A stretch of 64,000 bases of DNA from an uncultured Armatimonadia bacterium (GTDB lineage: Bacteria > Armatimonadota > Zipacnadia > CAVVLO01), in assembly GCA_963749155.1 (NCBI GenBank), contig CAVVLO010000003.1, positions 160,001 through 224,000 of the forward strand. The letters are read 5' to 3'. Positions 51,450 to 63,070 of this stretch are shown in pieces. How positions within the stretch are numbered: the first letter of the stretch is position 1; every line of letters starts with the position of its first letter. The notes below the pieces were generated by a model. That model worked only from the letters and a program-made list of their open reading frames with translations. It was not told where the DNA came from and made no database searches. The translations under genes and the position numbers were made by a program.

Positions 51450-52607
51450 TTACAACGATTTGGCGGCCTGCTGGATACGCTTTATCAGGGCTTTCGTCTC
51501 AGCCGCCTTGCGGTCTGGATGGGTGCCTAGCAACACAGCCCGGTTGAGTATCTCCAGAGATTTTGCGCACATTGTCTTCGTGTACTTCTTGCGGCACTGC
51601 TTGTTGGCAGGCATCAGGTAGGGATTCATCGCGGGGACGTGACCGCCCTGGTGGGCGAAGAGAGGATCCCATTCGGTGTAGATGTGCCTGCCCGTCTGGG
51701 CGCAGACGAAGCCCCCCACCGCGGCCGCGAACTGGCTTGCGGCTTCGGCGCTGGGCAGCAGATAGCCCACATTGGCGCCGACTTCCCATTCGAGGCTGTT
51801 GGCTTTTATCGGCACGAGACCTGTATCAGCGGTCTCTTCCAGAATCCTTTGCTTCTGCTTGCGCATCGCCTTGACCATACCGGGCAGGCGGTCGAGTTGC
51901 ACGTTCATCATCGCGCCCTCAAGCTCGGAGGCGCGCGCCCCGTTGCCGGTAAAGGGCACGAAATCGTCATCTCGGCCTGACCAGTAGAAGCTGCAGCAAT
52001 CAATCATACAGCCAGCTCGCTGGATGACCTCCTCATCGTTGGTGACTACAGCGCCCCCTTCGCCGCAGGTCATATTCTTGTAATAGTTGAAGCTGAAAGC
52101 GCCCGCGTGGCCGATTGAGCCGGCCATCCGCCCCTTATAAGCGCCGCCTACACACTGGCAAGCGTCTTCGATTACGAAGAGTTTGTGCTTCTTAGCGACC
52201 TTCATAATCGCATCCATATCACAGACAAGGCCCCACATATGGACGGGGATGACGGCGCGGGTGCGCGGACCGATGAGGGCTTCGAGAGCCTTCGGGTCGA
52301 GAGTAATCGACTCATCGATGTCGGCCACAATCGGGATAGCCCCAACTGCCAGGACTGAGACGGCAGAGGCCATATAGGTGCAGGCGGGCACGACGACCTC
52401 ATCACCTGGGCCAATCTGCAAGCCAGCCAGAGCAGCGGTCAGCGCCGTGGTGCCGCTCGAGGTCATCCGACAATGCTCCACGCCGAGTTGCCTGGCCCAG
52501 CGGTGCTCGAACCTGTCACATTCGCCGCCGATGTGATAACGGAAAAGCTCGCCCGAGAGCAGCACGCGAGCGAGGGCATCTACTTCCTGTTGACCAACTT
52601 TATACAT
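51450..52607 (-). CDS. DegT/DnrJ/EryC1/StrS PLP-dependent aminotransferase
   Basis: SSGTTAL, GPGDEV, PVHMWG, EDACQ, SFNYYKNMTCGEGG. Confidence 0.92.
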   Translation of the reverse strand: MYKVGQQEVDALARVLLSGELFRYHIGGECDRFEHRWARQLGVEHCRMTSSGTTALTAALAGLQIGPGDEVVVPACTYMASAVSVLAVGAIPIVADIDESITLDPKALEALIGPRTRAVIPVHMWGLVCDMDAIMKVAKKHKLFVIEDACQCVGGAYKGRMAGSIGHAGAFSFNYYKNMTCGEGGAVVTNDEEVIQRAGCMIDCCSFYWSGRDDDFVPFTGNGARASELEGAMMNVQLDRLPGMVKAMRKQKQRILEETADTGLVPIKANSLEWEVGANVGYLLPSAEAASQFAAAVGGFVCAQTGRHIYTEWDPLFAHQGGHVPAMNPYLMPANKQCRKKYTKTMCAKSLEILNRAVLLGTHPDRKAAETKALIKRIQQAAKSL

Positions 52608-52671
52608 TGGGAACCTCCCTGGACCTGGCAAGTGAGTTGTACTGTTCTATCTAACTGCGGTCATCCCTCGC

Positions 52672-55600
52672 CTAATCGCGCTGGGCATCGACTACAGAAC
52701 GCAGTTCGTCCAGCTTCGCAGTCCCCTGGCCCTGGTCAGGCACAAGCCAGCCCCCCTCGTCTACTTCGTTCCAGGCATACCAGAGCACAGTCCGAGAGGG
52801 CGCTGCGGCCGGATTCGCCTTAAGCCAATCGAAGGCAGAGCGCAGATGCGCGCCGAGTTCGCCCGGTTTTGGCTGAAGCGTATCTCCCAGGCCATCGCGA
52901 GGGCCTCCCCAGCCGGCGCTCAGGTTAGGCACTACCCCGCAGCCGGTTGCCTTCAGCGCGTCCCAGTGGTTGCGCTGGGCTGCGCAAAGCCCTGCATAAT
53001 CCGGCCCGCCCCAACTGGTGTAGGCGCTGATTGCATCCAGCCCGCCCTCGGTTGCGACTGCCGCGCCGTCTTCAGGCCGCTGCGACAGGACGACCAGATA
53101 GGGATCGAGTAATCCTGCTTTTATAATCCGCTGCCGCAAAGCGTCCAGCCAGAGGCGACCTGTCTGGGTCCAGCCGAAGAAAGAGACCTTCGGGTCGCCA
53201 CTGAGTCTTTCACCAGGATTCCAGAACATCAGATAGAGTAGTGGCCGGCCGCCGGCTACCGTCTGATAGTTGGGCCTCAACATCATCCCGACCACTTCAT
53301 CGATGCGTTCATCCTGCGGGTCGCGCGGGTCAACGCCGTTCATATATTCGCTGCCGGGACTCAGGATAAGGCAGAAATTGAGGTCGTTGCTGTGACTGCT
53401 GGAGAGGAACAGCCTGCGAGCGCGGTTCATATCGTCGTGGCGGAAGCCGTCATCGCGGACATTTGGATAGTAATAGAGGAAGGCCCAATAATCGAGCCCG
53501 CCAGCCTTCGCGTAGGCGATCTCCTGGTCCACAGCTTCCTGGGTGTCGCCCCATACCTGGGGCTTGCCATCTGGGCCGAAGGTGGTGAAGAAAGGCAGAC
53601 CGGCCGCTGTACTGCGGCGCAGCCAGGGCTTCAATATAAGGATTGAAGTCGGACTTGAACCAGGCATCCCAGCGGATTGCCCCCTGCGTGAGGGGTTCAG
53701 GCTCGGTGGGAGAGGTCTCTTCAAGCGACTTGCTCAAAACGCCGACCTCGACCAGGCGCATACCTCCTCCCTCGTTGGGGCCGAAATCGAAGCGCAACCG
53801 GGTAGCAAGCGTCGGCGCAAACTTGAATCGAAGGCGAGGCCCTGCCTGCGTCATCTGGGCCTCCAGGTCACGGTATTCCCCTGAGTCCTGGCGCACGGAC
53901 AAGACTACATTTGAGGGCAACCGTGAGGCGGGTATCTGCTCTGAAGCGCTGCCAGCGAACAACTCAATAAAAGCTGCGGAAATCTGCTGCTGCCTCGGCA
54001 AGACAAGCTCTACACGTTCGCTTTGAGGCTCATCGGAGAAGGTAATCCCCTCGAAAAGGCTGCCATCTACCAGATTGACGGGGTCATTGGGGCGGCCTGA
54101 GATCACAACATTCTGCTCGGCCAGCTTGCCTTCGACCTCGGCCTTGCCCCCTCGGGTCACATCGGCCAGGTTATTAGACCGCTCATAGACCCGGGTGAAA
54201 GCCTCCAGCAGTTCTGGACCGCCTTCGGCTGCCATCAGGGAGGCGTAGAAATCTCCCGGCGGGGTTGCGCGCGGAATCCGCGCCCCCGTTTCATCCACGA
54301 AATAGCGATGGGGACAGATGAGCCTGGTTCCGAGCTTGTTAAGCTGCTCAATCGCCCTGTGAGGCAGGACCTGCTCAAGCACGAAGAGAGGCGAATCCGA
54401 AGGCAGAGTTGCCAGTTCATCGGTCAAGACTGGCTCCAGGTCGCGCGCTGGCAAGGCATCACAGATATGGAAATAGGCTTCCATAAAATTGGTGCGAGTG
54501 AGGGAATATTCTAAGGTCTCCTCGGGCAGATAGACGTGGATGCGCCCCGGGACATAGGCCTGCGCCCTGTTGGCTGGATTGGCCAGGTGTTGGTAGAGCT
54601 GTCCAAAGGCTTCGGCGTTCTCTTTGCGAAGGGTGCCATCCATCTTGAAAAGGCCGAACTTGTCCTCCTTCCCCACCCAGGCGAGGACGCCCGCGATAGG
54701 GCCGCCTGCTTCGGCGATGGCCTCGAAAGCCTCGGGCTGGACGGCGCTGACTTCCGCCACCAGATAGCGCTTGCCTACCGAATGAGCCAGCTTGGCCAGC
54801 GTGCGATAGTAGAAGGCATACTGGTCGGGGGGCGCGTAGGTGTCGGCAGTGAGGAAGTCACTGGTCAGCGCATGAGTGCGGATAGAGGCGTTCGTCTTAA
54901 CTGGCTTGACGCTGCGGGTATCGAGCCAGCCGGACAGCTCTCCGCAGATACACCCGCCCGCCCAGACGGCGCCAGGAGAGGCCAGTTTGAGTTGGCGGGC
55001 CATCTCCGCCAGGGCTTCGCGCTGCATCAGGTCGATTGAATGACGAAGGTCGAAGGTCCGCCGCGAGGCGAAGGCCTCGCTCGGTATGCCGACGCCTGGC
55101 TGATACAGGACAGGGGGAGATATTTCTTCAAAGGACGCATAATTGCTTGCCCAGTTTGAATTGAGCAGCGCCAGGTCTTGCTCGTACAGGCGCCCCAGAG
55201 CCGCGCGCCAGGCGGCTGGGAAGAGCGTACTGCGCTCGTGGCCGCCGGTATTCCAGTACCAGTCCTCGAACCAACCATAAATCACGTTGCCGCCATATTT
55301 CGCCTGGACATGTTCGGCTACTATCCGGGTCAGCCAGAGAGTCTTCTCGACTTCCTCTGGGATATGCAGGCGCATCCAGGACTTGGTCTGCCACTCCCTG
55401 CCGTCTTCGGCAGCGGGGCTGATATAGGGGGTAATGCCGTGCTGCGCAAGCTGGTCGAGGACAGCATCCAGTGAACGCCAGTCGAGTCCTGCCGCCGCGG
55501 TTTCGGCATCCCATACCTGGCCGGGCTTAAACAGTTCAAATAAAACTGGCGACACCCCGATTTCCGCAGGATAGAGAGGGAATCGTATGGTGTTGACGCC

Positions 55601-55831
55601 GAGAGTTTTGAGATACTCAATCTCTTCAGCTTTGAGCGGCCAGTATTTCGCCTCCAGCTCGGGCGGGCCGACATTGTACTGATTTACCCCGAAGATTAGC
55701 TCTGGGACCGGTGGAAACTGGTCTTGGGCCTTCGCCTGCTGGGGGAAGGCCAATACCAGAAGGACTAGCCAGCCGATTACCATAAACACGCCCGGCAAGG
55801 CCGAGAGCGCCAGTTCTCCAAAAGGCCCCAT
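52672..55831 (-). CDS. Secreted multidomain glycosidase: GH42/GH5-like, discoidin-like and GH99/WbsX-like domains; frameshift at about 53600
   Basis: ATG 55831 after AGGAGG; LGVNTIRFP, LNSNWASNYASFEEI; NLVDG; GAIRWDAW../LPFF..QEIAYAKAGGLDYWAF..YAWNEVDEGGWLVP. Confidence 0.72.
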
Positions 55832-55851
55832 TACCAGCCTCCTGTGACTTT

Positions 55852-58009
55852 TCAAAGTGGTTCCAACTCCTGCAAGTGCTCAATTGCCTCAAGACTGCCC
55901 AGGACAACGAGCCGGTCTCCGGCCTGGAGTCTCTCGGTGGGCGGCGGAGCAGTAAGCTGACTGGCGCCTCGGCGGATCCCAACTACAGTCACGTTGTGCC
56001 TCTGGCGGAAAGCAAGCTCGGCCAGGGTGCGCCCAATCAAGTCAGAGCTCTCTCCCAGGCCGATTTCTACCATATCGAAGCGATCTACAGTCTCATGTGA
56101 CTCGGCCGCGTAAGGCTGGTTGAGCAGAACCTCGGCTTTGCGCAGTTCTTCGGCCTCTCCGAGTAATACTACGCGATCGCCTGGCAGCAGGCGGAAGTCT
56201 GGTGAGGGGTCGAAGACTACGCTGCCCGCCTCTGCTGACGGCAAGCACCGAAGCCTGGGTGGAGCTTCTGAGGGCGAGTTCTCTAAGCGCCAGCCCCGCG
56301 GTAAGCGTGCCTGTCTGCAAACGGACTTCCTTGAAGGCGACTGGCCAGTTGCGAGTCGTGGGTAAAAGCGCCATCGCATGGGTAAGCGCATCAGCGGCCT
56401 GCTCTGCGGCATCGGCAGAAGGCCTTAGCACGACGGCAGCCCCTGCCTGCCGTAGAATCTCGGCGTCGGCCTCGGTAGCCGCCGTGACGGCAATCTGTCC
56501 AGCGAAGGCGCGCTGGCGAAGCTGCCTGATCAGGGCGAGGCTGAAATCCACCGAGCGGATTGTGCTGACAATCCAGCCGGGAGTCTGGAAGGGGAGTTCT
56601 GTCAGCAGTTCTGGATCGGTCATATCGCCGTAATGAACTGGCAAGTCTTTGGCGCGCCACTTGGCCAGGGCAGCAGGATCGAAGTCCAGCCCAAGCACGG
56701 TGAACCCGCGGCTGAGGAGATACTCGGCCAGGGCGCTGCCGTAGTTGCCCAGGCCCACAAGCAGGACATCCTTACGGGAATCGGAGTCCCTGGAATTAGC
56801 CAGGGCTTCGCGATAAGGCCGGCGTCCCTCAAAGAGGCGAAAAGCCTTCCCCACGCGTTCATAGATAGGCCCTGAGTAGAGTATCAGGTAAGCCGACACA
56901 AAAATCGTGATGACGCCAACGAGGGTAAGCAGGCCGGCGGTCTCTTCCGAGAGGTGCCCGAGACTCAGGCCGAAGGCCGCGAGGATGAGCGAGAATTCAC
57001 TTATCTGGGCGATCGTGAGGCCAGTCAGGAAACTGGTGCGGCGGCGATAGCCTAGCAGTCCCATCAGCGCCATCACAAGCACTGGTTTGACCAGCAGGAC
57101 AAAAGCCGAAAATAGCGCGGCGGCGCCAAGCTGGGAACTAACAAGCGACCAGTCGAGGCGAGCGCCCAGGTCCACAAAAAAGAAAAGCAGCAGGAAATCT
57201 CTGAGCGTCGCAAGCCGTACGCTGATTGCATCCCGGTATTCACTGGAAGCCAGAGCCAGCCCGGCGGCAAAGGCGCCAACCTCTTTGCTGAAGCCGAGAC
57301 TCTCGCCCAAGGCTGCCAGAGACACCGCCCAGGCGATTGCCGCAAGGGCAAGCAGCTCCTGACTCGTCGCAACTTTGTGCAGCAGGAAAGGGAAAACGAA
57401 TTTTACAAACAGGTAGATACCCAGGAAGAAACCAGTGCCCTTAGCGAGCAGCAGGAGTCCAGTACTGGCAAAGCCGCCCGCCTCTCCTGTTGCCGACCCC
57501 AATGCCGAGAGCACCGTCAGCGCAAGCAGCGCGGCGATGTCCTGCACAATCAATATGCCTACGGCAAGTTGCCCATGCAGGGAGTCTATCTCTTTCTTGT
57601 CCGAAAGCAGTTTGACGATGATGATGGTGCTCGAGAAAGCCAGAGCGACCGCAACATAGGTCGCGGTGAGAGGGGCCATCCCAAGCGCCAGTGCCAGCCC
57701 CAGTCCAAGCAGTATGGTGAAGAACAACTGTCCGAGGCCTGTGAGGAGGGCAGCGGGGCCAATGGTCCTGACCAGGTTGAGATCGAGCCTCAGTCCCACT
57801 ATGAAGAGCAGCAGCGAGATGCCAACCTGCGCAAGTAGTTCAAGCTGGTCATGATTATGTATCAGGCTGAACCCAGAAGGGCCAGCGACAACGCCGGTCA
57901 CCAGCAACATAATGACCAAAGGCTGACGAAGCCGCTGGGCCAGAAGACCCAGTATAGCTGCGAGGCCCAGGATGGCCGCAAATTCTAGAAACGGATTGTC
58001 GGTTGTCAT
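55852..58009 (-). CDS. CPA2 cation:proton antiporter (Kef-type) with TrkA-N and two TrkA-C domains; frameshift at about 56225
   Basis: LLFIVGL, SSTIIIVK, IVQD, QISEFS, VGLGNYG, YGD; two G.TL.EL..R..V.V..I.RG RCK_C repeats. Confidence 0.88.
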
Positions 58010-58062
58010 TCCGGGCAAGCTCCAGTGACAGCTAGAAACGAAGGCGAGTTGGCTGCGCCCTG

Positions 58063-58139
58063 ACAGGCTTTTCTCTTCTGGCAGTAAAAAGCCTGCAAAA
58101 GAAACCGGGGCGTCTCATTGGGGGGAACGAGACGCCCCG
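58063..58139 (-). terminator. Two tandem hairpins, terminator-like on the minus strand
   Basis: CGGGGCGTCTC-loop-GAGACGCCCCG followed by GTTTCTTTT; then CAGGCTTTT-loop-AAAAGCCTG. Confidence 0.6.
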
Positions 58140-58351
58140 TTTGGGGGGGTAGAACATGTACGGAAATAGACAAACCAGTGGGTCAGAAGTTGCGGGTACA
58201 GATAGATTTTCGAAAGAAAATCTGGCTGCAGATTTGCCAGATACGAATCCACTCTGGATTCCCCTTTGACCTTGCCAATAACGACGCGCCCCGGACTGGG
58301 CAAGTCCGAAGCGCGCCGTAGCCCTGGCAGAGACTTGATTACCGTAAAGGC

Positions 58352-59302
58352 TTAGTCGCTGCCCAGTTTGACCTGGTCCTCTCCGTAGAAATCGAGATAA
58401 TCGAGCCATAAGGTATATTCTTTTGGCCAGACTACCTGGGAGAGGTCAGACTTAACGAAATCCTGGACTTCCGACCGGTCATAACTAAGCTCCATTGCGC
58501 CAATAAGGGCAGCACCTCCGAGGAATTTCGCATCGGTTGGAGCTATCACCCCGTTGAGCTTCAGTTCTTTCCAGTTGGAGCGCCAGGTTTCAGGGATGCC
58601 ATCCACACGTACTTTGATTGACTTTCCGCTGCTGGCAGTAAAAAGGGTATCAGGCGTAACCTTCATATGCACTCGAGCCGAGTAGTTAACCTCGGCGGCA
58701 AAGCACATTGCGCCAGGATTCAGATCGCCTACCCCAACATAAGTCCAGCGCCCGTTGGCTGTGCGGTAAGCTATCCAGTTGACGACGTAGATATCGAGTA
58801 TGTTGGTATCGCTCACCAGTTCTTTGTCTGTTAGCTTGTATTCTTTGGATTTGCTCCAGAAGTGCTGTCCGGTTTCCCGAGCGCCCTTCACCCAAAGCCA
58901 GTCCAGGGGATTGCCGTCCTCGATATCCTGCCCGAGTTCGGAGCCAAGCAGCTTGCCGTTCAGGTACACGATGTAGCCGTTATCGGCATTGATCCTGAGA
59001 GTGCCGGTGAGCTTGCCGGAACAAGGCGGCACATTAAGGAACTGGCGGAAGTGCAGCGGGCCGAAGTCCTTCAAGCCAGGCTCGCCATCATAAGACCAGA
59101 TCCACTCGGCCTTCGAATCGGCCTGCATATCTACAGGCCAGGCAGGATGAGGTTTGACTGGAGTGGAATACGACCAGTCTCTCTCATTATTGGTCCAGAT
59201 GGTGCGATTGTTGCTGACAACCTCAAGGGTAGCGGCTGGCACAAGCGAAGCAAGACAAAAGGCGAGAATCAAAATCTGAATTACGAACACATAAGCTTTC
59301 AT
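58352..59302 (-). CDS. Secreted protein with a galactose-binding/lectin-like beta-sandwich
   Basis: Signal peptide; AEWIW..F..F..LRINADNGYIVYLNG..N.L.I.V.N..NPGA; RBS GGAGGAG. Confidence 0.7.
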   Translation of the reverse strand: MKAYVFVIQILILAFCLASLVPAATLEVVSNNRTIWTNNERDWSYSTPVKPHPAWPVDMQADSKAEWIWSYDGEPGLKDFGPLHFRQFLNVPPCSGKLTGTLRINADNGYIVYLNGKLLGSELGQDIEDGNPLDWLWVKGARETGQHFWSKSKEYKLTDKELVSDTNILDIYVVNWIAYRTANGRWTYVGVGDLNPGAMCFAAEVNYSARVHMKVTPDTLFTASSGKSIKVRVDGIPETWRSNWKELKLNGVIAPTDAKFLGGAALIGAMELSYDRSEVQDFVKSDLSQVVWPKEYTLWLDYLDFYGEDQVKLGSD

Positions 59303-59394
59303 ACTGAACAGAACTCCTCCAAGCAATAATGGAACAGATAAGTGGTCAGGATCGGCACAAGGGACGTGGGCAGTTCTTATGCTAATCTGTGAGG

Positions 59395-59423
59395 ATGTTA
59401 CCGTTTGTTGTCACAGTTGTCAA
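59395..59423 (-). promoter_or_regulatory. Sigma70 promoter of the lectin-like gene
   Basis: TTGACA-17 nt-TAACAT. Confidence 0.65.
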
Positions 59424-59563
59424 TAGCTGTTTACATTAATAAGGGCTTTAGAAGGTCGTGAAACCCCCTTGTCTCGACCTTTAGCCAGGCGCAAACTTGC
59501 GTTAGAGGAGGATGGCGCCCCCTAACCAATTCTCTAGTCATACTGTGACCCGGGAGGCCCTGG

Positions 59564-60655
59564 ATGGTAGACCAGATGACCACCAGAGAACGCTGGCAAG
59601 CTGCCCTTGCCCTTGAGCCGGTTGACCGACTGCCTTTCTGGCCCAAACTGGATGGCGCCTACGCCAAAGCCCAGGCGGCGCCGTTCAATACAAAGTCGCT
59701 CGATGAGTTGCACGACTGGATTGGCAGTGATCCCCATGTCGGCATCGCCGGCTGCGTTCGTATCGAGCGCGCCAGGACAGAGGAGGCCTGGCGCGAAGAG
59801 GGCAATAACCGCTGGCATAGCTGGCGCACGCCTTATGGAGAGCTCGATCAGTTTCTGCAATTTGATGGACCATCCCATTCCTGGCACCCGATGACCTTCC
59901 CTGTCAGGGACAGAGAAAGCCTCCTGGCTATGACGGCCTTCTACGAAGATGCAAAACCTGTGCTGGACGAGCGGTTGCTTGAGACCACGACTGCGCAAGT
60001 TGCGGCTGTCGGAGAGCGAGGCTACACTTTTGCGGGCATTGGCGAGTCGCCTCTGATGTACTGGGTCGAATGGCTCGCGGGGGTCGAACAGGCCCATCTG
60101 CTGCTTGTGGATTATCCCGCCGAGGTCGAGGCACTTTTTGATGCCATCCAAAGTTTTCTGGTCGGAGTCGCGAGGATAATGATCGAATACAGCCCGGTAG
60201 AGGCGCTGTATCTTGTTGAAAACACCTCAACGACGCTTATCTCCCCCACCCAGTACCACAAATACTGTCTGCCTCACGTGGGGCAGATCGCCCAGATGGC
60301 AAGTGATGCGGGCAGGTCAATGATCCTGCATATGTGCGGTCATCTGAAAGCGCTGCTACCGGACCTCTCGACAGTGCCGGTCAGGGGTTTCGAGGCTTTT
60401 ACCTCCCCCACGCTTGGGAACACTAGCCTGCTGGAGGGGCGCACTGGCTGTCCAGACAAGGCCCTAATAGGCGGTACCAATGCGATGCTCTGGCTGAAAC
60501 CTGCCAGGCAGATAATCGCCAAGCTTGAAGAGGACCTGGGCGCGCTGCCGCATCGGCGAGGGATTGTAGTCACCTCCGGCGGCGTGATGCCGCCCTTCTC
60601 GAAGCCTGAGACAATCCGTGCGGTATGTGACTGGGTGAAGGCTTATCCGGTCTGA
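59564..60655 (+). CDS. Uroporphyrinogen decarboxylase / MtaA-like family protein
   Basis: MTTRER, ENTSTTLISP, HMCGH, EAFTSPTLGN, IGG; RBS GGAGG. Confidence 0.82.
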   Translation: MVDQMTTRERWQAALALEPVDRLPFWPKLDGAYAKAQAAPFNTKSLDELHDWIGSDPHVGIAGCVRIERARTEEAWREEGNNRWHSWRTPYGELDQFLQFDGPSHSWHPMTFPVRDRESLLAMTAFYEDAKPVLDERLLETTTAQVAAVGERGYTFAGIGESPLMYWVEWLAGVEQAHLLLVDYPAEVEALFDAIQSFLVGVARIMIEYSPVEALYLVENTSTTLISPTQYHKYCLPHVGQIAQMASDAGRSMILHMCGHLKALLPDLSTVPVRGFEAFTSPTLGNTSLLEGRTGCPDKALIGGTNAMLWLKPARQIIAKLEEDLGALPHRRGIVVTSGGVMPPFSKPETIRAVCDWVKAYPV

Positions 60656-60663
60656 GAGAGATA

Positions 60664-63061
60664 TTGGTGAGGAAGGCGTTAGTGAGTCCAGCGCGCTGGC
60701 TGGTTTTGGTGTTTCTGTTTGTCTACGGGGCGGTTGTCCTGGCTGAGGAGACGCCTTCGCCCGAGCTTGCGCTTGCCTATACGAAGGTGATGGTAGCCGA
60801 AGCACTGCTGGAAGACGCCACCAGGTCGCTCAGGGCCTCCATCGGGTATGCGGAGCAGGCCGGCCTGCCGACCGCGCGGGCTCGTATTACGCTGAGACAG
60901 GCCGAGAGCGCCCTTTCGCAGCTTGCCACCGAGCTGCAGGCAGACACCCCAAAGCCGGGGCTGGCCTCGATGGACTTCCCCGCGCTTGCAAGGCTCTGCG
61001 AAGTAACCCAGACCGCCGTTAAGGATGCGACCGAAGGCTTGCGACAGTCTCTTGCGCTAGCGAGCGACTGCTCGGAAGAAGGGGCGCCCTTTAGCCCTCT
61101 GCCACCAGTAGGAGAGGGGGCGTTGGCCGATCAGTTGGTGTTCACGGCGCTTGCCCCAATGCAGTCGTGGTCAGGTTGGGCGCTGGGAGAGAATGCCTGG
61201 CTCCCCCTGCGCGAACTCGGCCTGCAGGCGCTAAGCCCCTGGCTCGGTTGGTACGCGCCCAATCCGGCCGCTCCGATGGCCGGGCAATCACCCGAGAGAA
61301 TGGCTCAGATGGCAGACCGACTCGAGCTGCTGGGCTTCCCTCTGCTGGTATGGCTGGAGCCAGAATACGCTTTGCCTGGTCTGGTGGAAGAGTTAGGAGA
61401 GGAGGCCTTCCTGCATGATTCCGGAGGTCGCTGGCAGGCCAGCACGCGAATCAACAACACCATCAACGTCTTCAACCCGCGGGTGCGCGAGGCGCTTGCC
61501 GACTGGCTGGAGGACGTCGCCACTGGCCAGCGGGACGATGGGCGGTTTCTGGGCTATGAGTTGATAGAGGAGGCCGCCCTCAGGTTCGATGTCAGCGACC
61601 CGAACAATCCGATTATCGAGCCCCACCTGGGCGGCTATTCAGAGAGCGCGCGGAAGGCCTTCGGGGCGAGGCTGGAATCGGAATACGGCAACATCGCGGC
61701 CCTCAACTCGAAATGGGGCAGTGACTACGCTACCTTTGCGGACGTAGCCCCTCCTGCCGAACTGCGCCGGGCCGAGGGAGAGTGGTCAGGACCGGAAGTA
61801 GCGCTGCTTGTGGAGTTCCAGGAGTTTCGCGCCGCGGAGCACGCAGAGTATTTCCGCCAGTTGGTTGGAGCCTTGCATCGAGGAGCTCCGGATAAACCAG
61901 TTTTGCCGCAGTTTACAACCTCACTCTTCGGCGATCCGCTTGGCGGGGTAGACCTGTTCCGGATGGCCGAAGCGGGCTTCGATATCATCACTTATCACAC
62001 CGAGACGGCTTTCCCCTATGTATACAGCCTTGCGCGGCGCGTCGGGAAGCCGCTTTGGAACGATGAGTATATCTGGTCGAATCTTGCCCCGCGAGAAGCA
62101 ACTGGAGAACAAGCTCTTCGCGCGGTAGCCTCGGCCAACCTGTGGCGCAACCTGATGTGGGGCGCGCGCGGGTTTGTGCTTTTCAATCTGGATTTCGCGT
62201 GGAACCACCCCAAGGACGGTGGTGACTGGAACAACGACCTGCTGAATCCGGAACTCGGTCACCTTGTGCCCCGCTATGCGGCGGGAGCCTTCCCTCAGGC
62301 GCTGCGCAAGCCACCTTCCTTCTTTAAGGAGCTCTACAACAGCGAAGTGGTAAATGAGGGTTTGCTGGTCCTGGAGCCTACAACGTCAGTTTATGCGGCT
62401 GTGCCAACTGGGACAAGCCAGTGGTGGGCGCGCCGGCTGACCGAAGAACTGACCAGACGCTTCTACCGGCCGGCCTACTGCCCTGAGCGATACCTTGCCG
62501 ATGGCAGCGAGGACCTGACGGCTTACCGCACGGTGGTCGTACCTGCTGCTCCCTATCTGCCCGAGGCCGTCGCCGAAGCGCTAGGGAAATGGGTAAACAA
62601 CGGTGGCACACTCATCGCGCTGGGCCCGTTCGCCATGCGGGACGAATACGGCAGGACGCGCCCACCCGAGGCGCCCTTCGCTGCGATTATGCCCGGCGAG
62701 ACGCTGACAGTGGGTGAAGGCCAGGTTGTGAGCGTGGCTTATAGCGGCGCGCCGGACGCCATCATCGCTCGCGCCGCCGAGGCAGTGGATTCGGCGACTG
62801 GCGCCAGAGCCTGTTGGTCGGATGCGCCTCTCGAGTTGATGCTGCGCGCGCTGCCCGATGGGCGCCTGCTACTGATTGCCTTGAATCCCAGCTCTAACGA
62901 ACAGGCCTCGGGCGCTGTCTTCGTCTCAGGTGACTTCCAGACTGCTGTGGATCTCACCGTCGAGGGATGGATTCCTCTGGTTTTGCAAAAAACGTCCAGC
63001 GCAGTTGCCCTCCCCGTCGCCTTGCACCGGGCGAGGCGCGAGTCTTCCTGCTGCGGGTTAG
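60664..63061 (+). CDS. Secreted GH42-like beta-galactosidase family protein; 3' end disturbed by indel(s)
   Basis: Signal peptide; GYELIEE, YGNIAALNSKWGSDYATF, LWNDE, VVVPAAPYL..WVNNGGTLI. A shift at about 63024 gives the typical end LAPGEARVFLL. True stop uncertain (ORF track runs to 63171). Confidence 0.75.
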
Positions 63062-63070
63062 GAGTGAGAA

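Noticed and set aside
58030..58345. c-di-AMP (ydaO) riboswitch
   Set aside because: The gene context fits, but the conserved GCTGAA...CAGCTAAC-type segments were not found.
7400..63030. Programmed frameshifting or mass pseudogenisation
   Set aside because: No shared slippery motif, unrelated genes are affected, and compensating indels occur; sequencing error is the simpler explanation.
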